Shown: positions 22,691-33,317 of the stretch, piece by piece | How positions within the stretch are numbered: position 1 is the first letter of the stretch | Layout: every line of letters begins with the position of its first letter | Assembly: GCF_902652985.1 (NCBI RefSeq) | Contig: NC_047025.1 | Location: 12,338,001 to 12,402,000, forward strand | Direction: 5' to 3' | DNA from: Pecten maximus | Taxonomy: Eukaryota | Length of the DNA: 64,000 nt | Program-made: the position numbers and the translations under genes | Notes under the pieces: generated by a model | Database searches by the model: none | Told to the model about the DNA's origin: nothing | What the model saw: the letters and a program-made list of their open reading frames with translations, nothing else

Positions 22691-25126
22691 ATGGCGTGGC
22701 GCTCAGTGTTTACCATATGTATCCTTATGCTGGGCATGTCCTTGGTGATAGGGAGTCCCTCCTCCACAGCCGATGATGGAGGCTCTGATGTGGACATGCG
22801 TGAAATCAGACTTCTCCTACAAAAACACGAGTCTCAAATAGGTAACATTAATTTTTATTTTATTTATCGTTTTCCTTTATGCAACTAATGTTTCCTTTAA
22901 TTTAGAATCATCGTTAATATTGCTATTTCCACCAATAACAGAATCACTCCAAAGGACGAACGTACTACTTGAAGAGAAATCTGCGATATTTGAAGAGAAA
23001 TCCGCGATACTTGAAGGGACCGTCCTTACACTTGAAGAGAAAGTCATGACGCTAGAAAAGAAAGTCAATACGTTTGAACAAAATGATCCTAATACTGATC
23101 AGAAAGAAAGTATCAAAGCAGACCCAGACGTCTTCAGTGCAGCAAATAGTTCGTCTTTATCTGACAGTAAAATAAGATCATCGCAAAAACACCAAGGTAC
23201 GTAATTTTTACACTCAATAATATAAAGGATTATGTTGAAATCCGTTGTCCGTCACATTCATTTTAAGTTTGATGGTAACATTATTGCTTTCCTCACATAT
23301 GGTATGTATGTGTCGCAGTTGATTTGCTATTTAAGAACTTGCCACACTCCACTGCTGATGGACAAAAGTTAAAACACAAGGTTTTAAGACATAGCACACT
23401 GCTACAAACTTTATCGCCATCATCACGGGAAAATGTTCACTTCTTTAAGATATAAAAAGTTGATATTAGATTATGCTCGTTTATTCACATGCCTTGTGAC
23501 CTGGTTGTCTAACACAGAACGCGACATTACTCAAGTTGAATTACATTGCGTTTAAATTTCTATGGATCGAAAGCCGTCTACTCTCTAATCACAGGCGTCC
23601 GCATCGGGTTAGTATTTATAGTAAAACAATATTCACCCCTACCCCTACTAGGAGTGGGACTATTGTTTTAGAAACACTTATCAGATACAGATGCCTGTGC
23701 TCTAACGCACGTTCTGTCAATATTGAGTAAGAATTCGGTTTTATTTGCTCGCCGTTTTGGGAAGTGGATGAGACGGTACTTCCCTCCAAGATCTAAATCT
23801 GTATTTTGATATCTATGACCGATATTGAACATCCATTGGTGTGTAACGCTTTAGTTTACAAGTTGGTATTTTCTTTAAGCATTAAAAGAGGCATTTTGTC
23901 ATTAAAACTGATAATCAATGGCTATAAAAACTGTCTCGAAATGATATATGTTATTAATTTGACTTGACGGGGCACGATTTTTTTTAAATTGTTTACTTCA
24001 ATATATAATGATCAGGAAGATAATATCTCATATTTCTGCATTTGAAATATGTTTTGCGATAAAACTAAGGTCTCAGTCGTCTGCCATTTCCTTATATGCA
24101 TAAAAGTGTGAGTCAGTGGTATGGTTGGTAATAATAAGGGTCCTTTTACTTTCTTTTTCCGGGTTGGAAAAGTAAAAAAAAAAAAAATTAGAAAAAATGT
24201 TTATCGCTAATTAACAGTCCGCTCAATCTGACTATTCGTGATACATGGTGGTACAGAAATGTCCATAACCAGCCATCAAACATTGGTGATATCACTTTCT
24301 ACTTTTGCTTATTTCAGGAAGCGCTATCAAGAAAATTAACAAACGTGTCGGTAAGCAAATTACACCTAATATTTAATTGATTTTTGTTCAGTTTATTCAA
24401 ATCGAAACTAATGTAATTTCTATAGCAATACCATAAAATTGAATTTGTGGTATAGCAAAGTGTTCTTGAAATATCTGAAAAGTCATGATATTGCAATCAT
24501 TTTCAATGCAGTCTGCAACCTTGTTGACACTACGATCTTGCCATGACTGGTAATATACCATTTTGTTACCTATTTTATGTTGTGGTTGTTTTGACTGGCA
24601 AGTTTAATATAGTCCATGTCAAAAAATGCTTTTCCCTGGAGGAATTAAATTTACCAGTGATAGTCTTAAATGTTAATGAAGGTTTTCATGTCTTAAAAAT
24701 AAAATTTGTTATTTTACAGACTCCACAACTGACAGCATAATAGCTTTCCACGCCATTCTTACACATACAATATCCAATCCAACAGGAGATCATATCGTTC
24801 AGTTTGACAAAATCGTCACAAATATCGGTGGTCATTTCAATTCTAAATCTGGCGTGTTCACTTGTGTGGAAGTTGGCGCTTACCAGTTTTCTTGGATGAT
24901 CAAAGTTTTTAATAACCAGTACATTGTTACAGAATTAGTTCGTAACGGCGTGGTTATAGGGACAGGCATGAGTGGAGACGATAACATGTGGACTACAGGC
25001 TCAGCATCATCAATCACGATGCTGGTTCCCGGTGATTCGGTCTGGGTACGTGTATCTGGTGACCACAGTCAGGGGGTGGATATCTACCCTACATTTACGA
25101 TGTTTAACGGGTTTCTTCTACATTAA
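22691..25126 (+). CDS. Secreted coiled-coil C1qDC protein 2 (tandem paralog), ~281 aa
   Basis: Exons 22691-22841, 22942-23196, 24318-24350, 24720-25126. Same phases as C1qDC-1, 846 nt. Confidence 0.92.
23590..23699. mobile_element. 110-bp MITE of the same CACAGGCGTC family, 7-bp TSD CTCTAA(T/C)
   Basis: CACAGGCGTC...GATGCCTGTG flanked by CTCTAAT (23583-23589) and CTCTAAC (23700-23706). Confidence 0.72.
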
Positions 25127-25685
25127 GTTGAAATTATACATCTTTCGATATTCTTTGTATGCCCATGCATATTTTATCAAATCACTTTAAATCTATTTTT
25201 AGACGTGTTTGTGCTCAAACGCAAGGCGATACAGTCGCGAAATAAGATGTGTCGACCATTTTAGCTCAGATACAATTAACATTACTACAGCAAATGTGAA
25301 ATGAAACAATAACCTTTAATATCCAACCAAAAATTGTCGTCACCAATCATATCATTTAATCGATAATGTATTAATATTCGTAACGTGGGAAATATGTAAA
25401 AACATTTTATCTCTGATTAAAAATAAACACAACAGTTAAAGTAATTCTGTTAGTGAAGTTAGCTGTTGTTATTTTTTTATCAGAGTTCTTCAAATGTAAA
25501 TGTCTGCATCTTTATCCCTCATGCTTCATAATTTTACGCGCTATACAGTGTGTAAAATCATGAATCTATTTATTGAGTGACCTTTCACGTCTTCACGTCA
25601 TGCATTCGTGGACAAAATACATTTTCGAATTTCAATGAAATCCCCCAATCAATTAGTATTTTTGCCGGAACCTTGTATTGGCAAA

Positions 25686-25914
25686 GGGGGCCGCGGTGGC
25701 CGAGTGGTTAAGGTGTCCGGACACTTTAACACTAGCCCTCCACCTATGGGTTGCGAGTTCGAAACCTACGTGGGGCAGTTGCCAGGTACTGACCGTAGGC
25801 CGGTGGTTTTTCTCCGGGCACTCCGGCTTTCCTCCACCTCCAAAACCTGGCACGTCCTTAAATGACCCTGGCTGTTAATAGGACGTTAAACAAAAACAAA
25901 CCAAACAAACCAAA
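25686..25914 (+). mobile_element. Full-length tRNA-derived V-type SINE with 12-13 bp TSD
   Basis: GGGGCCGCGGTGGCCGAGTGG head, GAGTTCGAAAC B box, V-like GTGGTTTTTCTCCGGGCACTCCGGCTTTCCTCCAC, (AAAC)n tail. TSD TGTATTGGCAAA at 25674-25685 and 25915-25926. Confidence 0.9.
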
Positions 25915-27519
25915 TGTATTGGCAAAGACGTATCATAATCACAAATTATATCAAAGCCTGTTTGTATAATACTAGTTGGAAAATTAGACATTTCTATCGA
26001 ACTTTTTAAAAATAAATTCTGTAGAATAATTCTTACACTTTATTCAATGTGCAGTAATAAGGAGGTAAATACAAAATATATAAATATCGAAAACAAAAAA
26101 CTTTTCAGCAATCAAAATTCATGATTACAGTTGGTTGCATAAATGTTCACATTGGATATGAAGACAGCTATGTGTATTTCATTTATTCAACATTATAGCA
26201 TCTAAAATAACATTGGGCCAGTTTTATTTAAATTAAAACAGAAAACAACATTGAAGTGAGATTGTGTTACATTTATTATCAATGTGCGTACGATAAGAAT
26301 CGCTTTGTGGGCCTTATCTACATATGTATCCAATAAACCGACTATGGGATTTAACTGACCTCATTTGATCCAATACTGGTAAACATGACACGGTTCCTAC
26401 CATATACTTAAATTTGCTGAACGTGACGTTTGAAGAGCGATTTTCTTCGCGTTTGGTGATGGGGAAATCTGCCGCGGATATGTACGACACTCGAATATGT
26501 AGCCTCATTTTTTTTTTGCTTGATTTGTCGTATTTCCTCAGTTATGTAATTCTTTGTTTAAACTGTAAATAAAATCTGAATATTTCTTATGTCGATATAT
26601 CTTATGCTATCAACAGACACCTTATTGCTTATTAATAAATAAACCCCATAATTTCTCATCTTGCATGCATGGCTAATACGTTCACCTGAAAATTTCATTC
26701 TCAACGGAGAAAACTACGACGTCAACAGTAATGTTTGACGCTCGAAGAGGGGAATTTCTAATTTTTAGGCAAACAGATAACTCTTACCCTGACCAGGTTG
26801 AAGACACCAAACGAGTACAAGACGCTAGCGGAGTACTTGATATGCTTTGGCATTTACTGACAAGAACTCTAGGTCATCCAGACAATTTTCTGGTATATGT
26901 TATAGCCCATGTCCTGTCATGTGTTTCATCCCGTATAGTAATTCCTGAATTATCATGAAGTATTAGTAATGGTATGCGACCGTTTAAATGCTTGAACCAA
27001 AGGTATCAATTATAATTAATGTGGTACGAATAGGCTAAGGCATTTAAGCAACTAGTTATGCATTTAGGCTGACAATTCAGGTGTCTGCATGCGCTTAAAT
27101 AAACAAAAGTACAACCCAGGTTCCAAAAATCAAAGGATCATCCAGATGTGACATACAGCCACACAGTAGTAAGAATATGTACAAATACAGCTTCAGCTTT
27201 TAACAATGTTCCACCATACTAACGTATACTGTTTGTTAAAGTAAATAAACTTAGATACTGCCAAAGTTTCCGAAAAGTAAAAGGTACTGAGTTTTAGGTC
27301 TCGTGTCCGAAAGTGGGTAGTGCTCGAACGGTGACGTCAGTAGAGCCGTCTGTTCGTAAAGATATTTGACCAATCTCTCTTCCAAATCGAATGAGTGCTG
27401 TTTAAATAGGGATTATGACGTAGATACCGCGACAGCGCCACGTCTCCCCATCACCTGACCAAAAGTTGACCCGTAGCTGGTAATCTGACCCGCGGTCGGG
27501 CTTCACCTCAACTCATGAT

Positions 27520-28516
27520 TGTAACAGAGCGCATGATTAATTAAATATAAATCACTGCCTCCGCTAGGGATCGAACCCGGGACCTCTGGCTTACTAGTCT
27601 TACGCTCAACCGATCAAGCTAAAGAGAAGATCTCTCTAGCCGAGCGGTATATTGCGGCTAGTGTTTACCAGGGTTACATACTCCCCCTCCAGGAAAGAAC
27701 TCGTCCTTGAGATTCCAGGGGTAACAGCGATGCTTTCGCAAGCAGCGATGAGTATCATTCCCGAGTCCCTACATGGGCGCCAATGTAACAGAGCGCATGA
27801 TTAATTAAATATAAATCACTGCCTCCGCTAGGGATCGAACCCGGGACCTCTGGCTTACTAGTCTTACGCTCAACCGATCAAGCTAAAGAGAAGATCTCTC
27901 TAGCCGAGCGGTATATTGCGGCTAGTATTTACCAGGGTTACATACTCCCCCTCCAGGAAAGAACTCGTCCTCGAGTTTCCAGGGGTAACAGCGATGCTTT
28001 CGCAAGCAGCGATGAGTATCATTCCCGAGGCCCCACGTTGGGCGCCATTTGTAACCCTTCTAGCTCGGCGATACAACTCGACACGAGTTTATGGTTTCAA
28101 TGTGTTTATTATCTATATATATATATGAACCTGCAATAAAAGATACGAAACTATCACTTAATATATATGTACAGGTGTAGTTTCGGTTTCTATTTATAGC
28201 ATGGTATATTTAAAAATGCATTTAGACGGAGCTACTGTTATACAGTTATATGATTAGTATACAGGTACTTACCAGCGACCGGAGAGGAAGGCAATACTGT
28301 GACCATATAGAATATATCTATGCAGGAGCTCCGTCCTGCTTCGCAGCGAAGTGCTAAGTGCTAAGTGAATGGGACATACAGGGTAGACAGGGTGGTGATG
28401 TGTGCAGGTGGAATCACGTGCAACTCGCTCACGACACGATATACCCGTGGTGACACGGGTACATCCAAAACAGCACAAACAAGTGTGACTTAGTGCAATG
28501 AGTACACCCTGTTACA
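27520..28516 (-). mobile_element. Tandem miniature LTR retrotransposon (TRIM): long LTR - PBS - PPT - short tRNA-containing LTR - PBS - PPT - short LTR, with 4-bp TSD TGAT
   Basis: LTRs bounded by TGTAAC...GTTACA at 27520-27678, 27784-27942 (159 bp each) and 28050-28516 (467 bp, different sequence). PBS TGGCGCCCAACGTGGGGC (tRNA-Lys type) at 28030-28047(-) and a degenerate PBS at ~27766-27782. PPT GGAGGGGGAGTA at 27679-27690 and 27943-27954. TGAT at 27516-27519 and 28517-28520. Confidence 0.9.
27556..27627 (-). other. tRNA-Thr(AGT)-like segment within the short LTR (second copy at 27820-27891); not a functional tRNA
   Basis: TCTCTTTAGCTTGATCGGTTGAGCGTAAGACTAGTAAGCCAGAGGTCCCGGGTTCGATCCCTAGCGGAGGCA has A and B boxes and a CTAGTAA anticodon loop, but the anticodon stem does not pair. 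Confidence 0.75.
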
Positions 28517-28660
28517 TGATAATTAATTGAAATGGGATATACGATCTAATAATGTTATTCTTTATAGTTAACAAAAGGTCTTGTCATTCCCCGGGACATT
28601 GTCCACTTAGACTAGTACACAATACAACCACTTGGCGTTAGATTGCCAGTTGATATGCCT

Positions 28661-29746
28661 AACTTCCATCGGGTCCGCGGTAGCGTGGTTACAATACTAC
28701 GGAATATGGTGACGCTCACCGTGCAGTTCTGACGTCACTTCTAGAGATGCTAGGAAGTTCGGATCTGTTTGGGCACCTCCAGTGGGATTACTCCAACAAT
28801 GTTAGAGGTTTTACACGGCGAGATACTTTTGACAGGCGCCGTGTAACCTCTAACTGCCCATAGCTGATTTTCCCGATGCTGACGATGAAATTTTCAAAGT
28901 TCGTATATTGAAAAAAACATAGCGTGTCAACTTACATTTAAATGATCCACAGGGTCCAATATATATTTCTTTCCATAATCGAATGATTAAATGAGAATAA
29001 TTTCGTAAAAAAACACAAATTATGAAGTTTTCTTCTTCCGAAGCGGAGCAGAGCTCAAGCAGACAATACTGTCGGTAGTGATAGTAGAAATACCACGTGA
29101 TTTGTCGGTTAATACAAAAATGGATTACAATCTCTGTCCTACAAGCGGAATACAACAAAGTCCGTATCATTTCGCTCTGTTTGAAATAACGACACCTATT
29201 TTGCATCAACCTTTAGGCAGCCATTTTTAAAAACGACTAGAAAAGTGCTACAACGACATGGGCATGTATTTTGTGTGTTATACACCGTATTATACTATAT
29301 ATTTGTGTCTGTGACATACATATGGGATAAATATTGCATACATGATACGTAGACATCGTTGTAATGACCTGTCAACCTCTTAAGATTTTTTTTCAAGCAT
29401 ATTTAGTTCCGCCCGGATTTCGGGCGGAAACTGCATCAAATAATTAGTGCTTCGGAAATAAGAGGTCGCAGTCGGCAAAATAATATCCGATAGAAAAAGA
29501 GCCGACCAGCGGCCTCTTATGTTATAGGAGTACAGTGGGATGTGATAAACAGGAAAACCTGCTCATTCCGGCCAAACTTCCATCGGTGAACAATACACCG
29601 CAGGTCCGCGGTAGCGTGGTGACAATACTACGGAATATGGTGACGCTCACCGTGAAGTTCTGACGTCATGTCTAGCGCTGCTAGGAGGTTCGGATCTTTT
29701 TGGGCACCTCCAGTGGGATTTGATAAACAGGAAAACCTGCTCATTC
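28661..29746 (+). repeat. Interrupted direct repeat (28661-28789 ~ 29575-29720; 29533-29568 ~ 29711-29746), remnant of ~178-bp tandem units
   Basis: Shared GGTCCGCGGTAGCGTGG..CTACGGAATATGGTGACGCTCACCGTG..GGGCACCTCCAGTGGGATT. Confidence 0.75.
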
Positions 29747-29860
29747 TATCAGTGCTCAATTGATATCAATTATAAACCTCCATCATTTCGACCCAATCAT
29801 ACTGACCATGACTATCTTTGTTTCGCAAGTGTAACCACCAATATTTAATTATATATATAT

Positions 29861-30055
29861 AATGATCATGTCAGGGTATCGGGCCGACCATCACTACGCC
29901 ATTGAAACGTTCTTTTTTAAGAACGCCGGTGTGGCGCAGCGGTATAGGCTGCGGGTATTTCTGGCTAGGCGATTGGGTGCCGTAGATAGTGAGTTCGAGG
30001 CCCGGTCAGGGCACGAGTCAAAAAGTTGTCTTCCTTCGTCATTTGTGTTTCTAAG
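29861..30055 (+). repeat. ~195-bp dispersed repeat with an internal tRNA-like segment (copy 2)
   Basis: Closely matches 21866-22060 and is flanked by (TA)n. Confidence 0.8.
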
Positions 30056-30083
30056 CTATATACAATGTATACAAATATATATA

Positions 30084-31223
30084 TATATTTACATTTGGAT
30101 GGCAAAGCTATGATATAAACAAACTAAACAAATTTGCAGTCTATGAGAGTATAACTGACACCCAAAGCGTGACACCATTCTATGCATAACTGACACCCAA
30201 ATCGTGCATTCGGGTGTTATTCATACGCGACCGGATCCCCCCGAACTACTTGCAACCAATGTAAACAAATGGCATATTATCGGATAGAGTACGAGACCAG
30301 AAAACAAATTCTTAAAATGTAAAACGAAAATAAAGGTAAGAATGGTTAACAATCACAAAAATAGAAATAAAAAGAAGATTTAATAAACACATATGTTGAC
30401 AGATATTTGTTCCGGGGCCAGAGTGGAAAATCATTACACACCACATTGTTTGCGCGCCACCGCCATCCAGTGTTTGAATGACAAAAATTTTGAAACCCGC
30501 CACATCATATTTATGTCAAATCATAAGAACGAGGCTTCTCTCCGGTCGTACAATAGAACGGTTTCTTCTTCACAAAAGAAAGCATCAAGTGGTGCATTAC
30601 CGTGTCTAACGCATCCTAAACTTGAAACAGCCATGGTACCCGTCACAAGCAACGTTGTCGCTGAAGCTCATCTAACTCCCTCGGCCACGGTCACTTCTCT
30701 CATTGGTCGTATCCCTGACACCGGTGCTGTTGTAGCTACTATAAACTGTAATCAGGTTTCCATGCAATCAAAGAACATGTTTACATCTGGTTTTTTGGCG
30801 AATTCCACTTTCTCCCACTGCACATTCAACTTTCATAGCTAAACTCTGTCAATGCTGTCAGCCGTTGCGTGCGCGTGGTGACGGGTGAAATTTCCATCCG
30901 CATAATTGTTCCGGATGGTAAATTTAAAAAAAAAAATCCGAAATCGTTAACAAACTGAATAATTCATCCGTATATTCTGAAATACTGACTACCAATATCA
31001 TTGATATTGTTATTAAAATATCTGATGATGTTTTCAGTATTTTTTTAATGATTTCCACGCACTATTTTTTTTATTTTTTTTTGCCAATCAGCACGTGAAT
31101 CACAATAGGCTGTTCAATTTGTTGACCTCTGACAGTGGAAACGTCGGTAAAAGTCAGATTTCAAATTATAATGAAAATTAAAGTTGAAATCGAAAAGAAA
31201 CTGATATAGAAAACGTAAATATA
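30084..31223 (+). mobile_element. Internally deleted Crypton-type DNA transposon retaining the C-terminal part of a tyrosine recombinase (ORF 30393-30842)
   Basis: The ORF contains YTPHCLRATAI...RHIIFMSNHKNEASLRSY, matching the tyrosine-recombinase HxxR...H...Y motifs of Crypton/DUF3504-type proteins. Termini are TATATTTACATTT...AAACGTAAATATA. Confidence 0.78.
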
Positions 31224-31387
31224 AGCATTAAACTGTCTTTTTATGGATTATATGGTCTATATAGATGCCAGAGCTTTGCAGACAATCATTTCATAATGCG
31301 CTAGCGCGCGCGCATTATGAAGATTGTCTGCAAAGCTCTGGCATCTATATAGACCATATAATCTATAAAAAGACAGTTTAATGCTTA
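31222..31387. repeat. 166-bp near-perfect palindrome (foldback element) abutting the Crypton right end
   Basis: TAAGCATTAAACTGTCTTTTTAT...GCGCTAGCGC...ATAAAAAGACAGTTTAATGCTTA, with AATA on both flanks. Confidence 0.9.
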
Positions 31388-32049
31388 AATATATCATATT
31401 TAAAGATAAAGAGTTACTCAATATAAATAAATACGATTACGCAATAATTACGTAATCAGGTCTATTATGTTAGATAGGTACTGCACTCCCCATCCTCTGT
31501 ATGTTATGTTATGTTTTACAGATTCTTCAAGCGACAACATCATTACATTCCATGCCATCCTTGCACATGCGGTAACAGATCCACCACCAGAACAATTAAT
31601 TTCGTTTGAAAAATCAATCGCAAATATTGGTGCCGATTTCAATACTAAAATCGGTGTATTTACCTGTGTTGAGAATGTTATTTACCGATTATTATGGATA
31701 ATATCAGTTAGATGGGGTCAATACATCAGCCAATCCGTTGTTTCACCTGAACCAAGTCACTGAGAAAAAATGTATTTTTAGGTTTGTAGCTGTTTTCCTG
31801 AGTAAATAACATTCGAAATTGGTACTTTCTATATACGAGAATAACGATTGGGGCCCTGAGATTTAAAAAAAAATCAAAAATAGACGAATGAAGGGACGGA
31901 GTCACTAGTTATAATTTATAGTGAAATATTCAGTTGAGAGAGCCCTACAGGTCTGTAATTGTGTGGTAATATGATCAGCTATTAGTGGAGACAGCGTGGA
32001 CTGACAACGATCACTGCATCAGCTATTACGATGTTGGCCTCAGGTGTTA

Positions 32050-32139
32050 CATCTTTGCTAGCCAAGGCTTCTGATTACGTTACACTACACGAACGTTCGT
32101 GTAGTGTAACGTAATCAGAAGCCTTGGCTAGCGAAGATG
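32050..32139. mobile_element. 90-bp loop-less palindromic MITE with 9-bp TSD CAGGTGTTA, inserted in the C1q pseudo-exon
   Basis: 45-bp arms with one mismatch and centre GAAC|GTTC. TSD at 32041-32049 and 32140-32148. Confidence 0.9.
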
Positions 32140-32419
32140 CAGGTGTTACGGTCTAGGTAAGGGTTGCCACAGAACACGGCAGTGGAGCAGATATCTCCCC
32201 CTTTTAAATGTGTTATGTATTTTAATACACCGAGTTAAAATGATACGATCGTTTGTGTTCATTATGATACTCAAGACGAAATTCCATGTGATCGCTTTTT
32301 GTTCATCTCCGTGCGTCCTATGCCGTCTGACTAATCTATTAAACAATCAAATTCATTACAGAATGATTTATTTTTATTTTAAAAGGATTATATAATAATT
32401 TCAAAAAATATTCAGATAA

Positions 32420-32640
32420 ACATGAGATATATTTTCTATTGTTAAGATATTTTCTTATATCAATATATAGATATTTATATATTTTCCATTATCGGTATAT
32501 TTTCTAATATTAATATATTTTCTATTATCAATATATTTTTGACTATCAATATATTTTTGATTATCAATATATTGTCTATCATCATATGTTCTATAACAAT
32601 ATATTTTCCAATATTAACCATCTTACTATTATCAATATAC
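32420..32640. repeat. Degenerate AT-rich ~20-bp minisatellite (TTTTCTATTATCAATATA-like)
   Basis: About 10 imperfect units read directly. Confidence 0.7.
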
Positions 32641-33317
32641 TTTTGGGAGGCTTGGCGGTGTTTAACCTCCTCACGACAGTTAAAGTAATATAGATATGAA
32701 GTGAGTACTCACGGAACGAATTCAAAGTGAATAATATATAGGGTGTTATAATTTATAACAAGGCATGATATAAAAGATAACGGGCAGGTATATAAATACC
32801 TTTATATCTATATTATATCATATCCATGATATTAAAAACTAGTGTAAATAAATAAAGTTTCAGTTAATACATAGTCAAATGTTTATTTCCCTATGGGCTG
32901 GGTATCTAGGTAAACCTCACACTCTCCTTTATTGTTGGTGAAATATGCCAAACATGAAAAAATATTCTAAACACCAAAAGGTCATGAACCATTTCAATTT
33001 CAAGCCATCATTTATTAAGTTTATGTGTACGAACCTGTTCACCTGGTCTTGAATGTTAATATTTGTCTTTAAGCGTCTATTCATTGTGTTTTATCTATAG
33101 CTTTGCGTCACGGTGAGTGGGCCTAGTCAGCATGGAGTTAATTCCCTTTAATATCTATTATAAATCGAAAGAAGGAAGTAAACAAAGATAGTGTACAGCT
33201 CATACTGCCTGTTTACAAGGAAGTTATTATCTGGAATTCCAGTTATTAGTAATGATCCCGTGAACAAAGAACATTTCAATTCTTCACTTCGAAGGGGGAA
33301 CGTCGATCGTGTTGAGA

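Larger units (their letters stand above)
26520..32205 (+). pseudogene. Third C1qDC paralog, pseudogene disrupted by several insertions
   Basis: Intron-1 and exon-2 remnants at ~26520-26800 (ATGGCTAATACG; TTGACGCTCGAAGAG = LTLEE). The gC1q exon starts at ~31521 (ITFHAILAH..FEKSIANIGADFNTKIGVFTCVE), is interrupted at ~31730-31945 and 32050-32139, and continues with in-frame stops (..SAISGD..ASAITMLASG..V*VRV..GADI). Confidence 0.8.

Noticed and set aside
27556-27891. Functional tRNA-Thr genes
   Set aside because: The anticodon stem does not pair and the segments are embedded in LTRs, so they are treated as promoter remnants. SINE heads elsewhere were rejected as tRNA genes for similar reasons.
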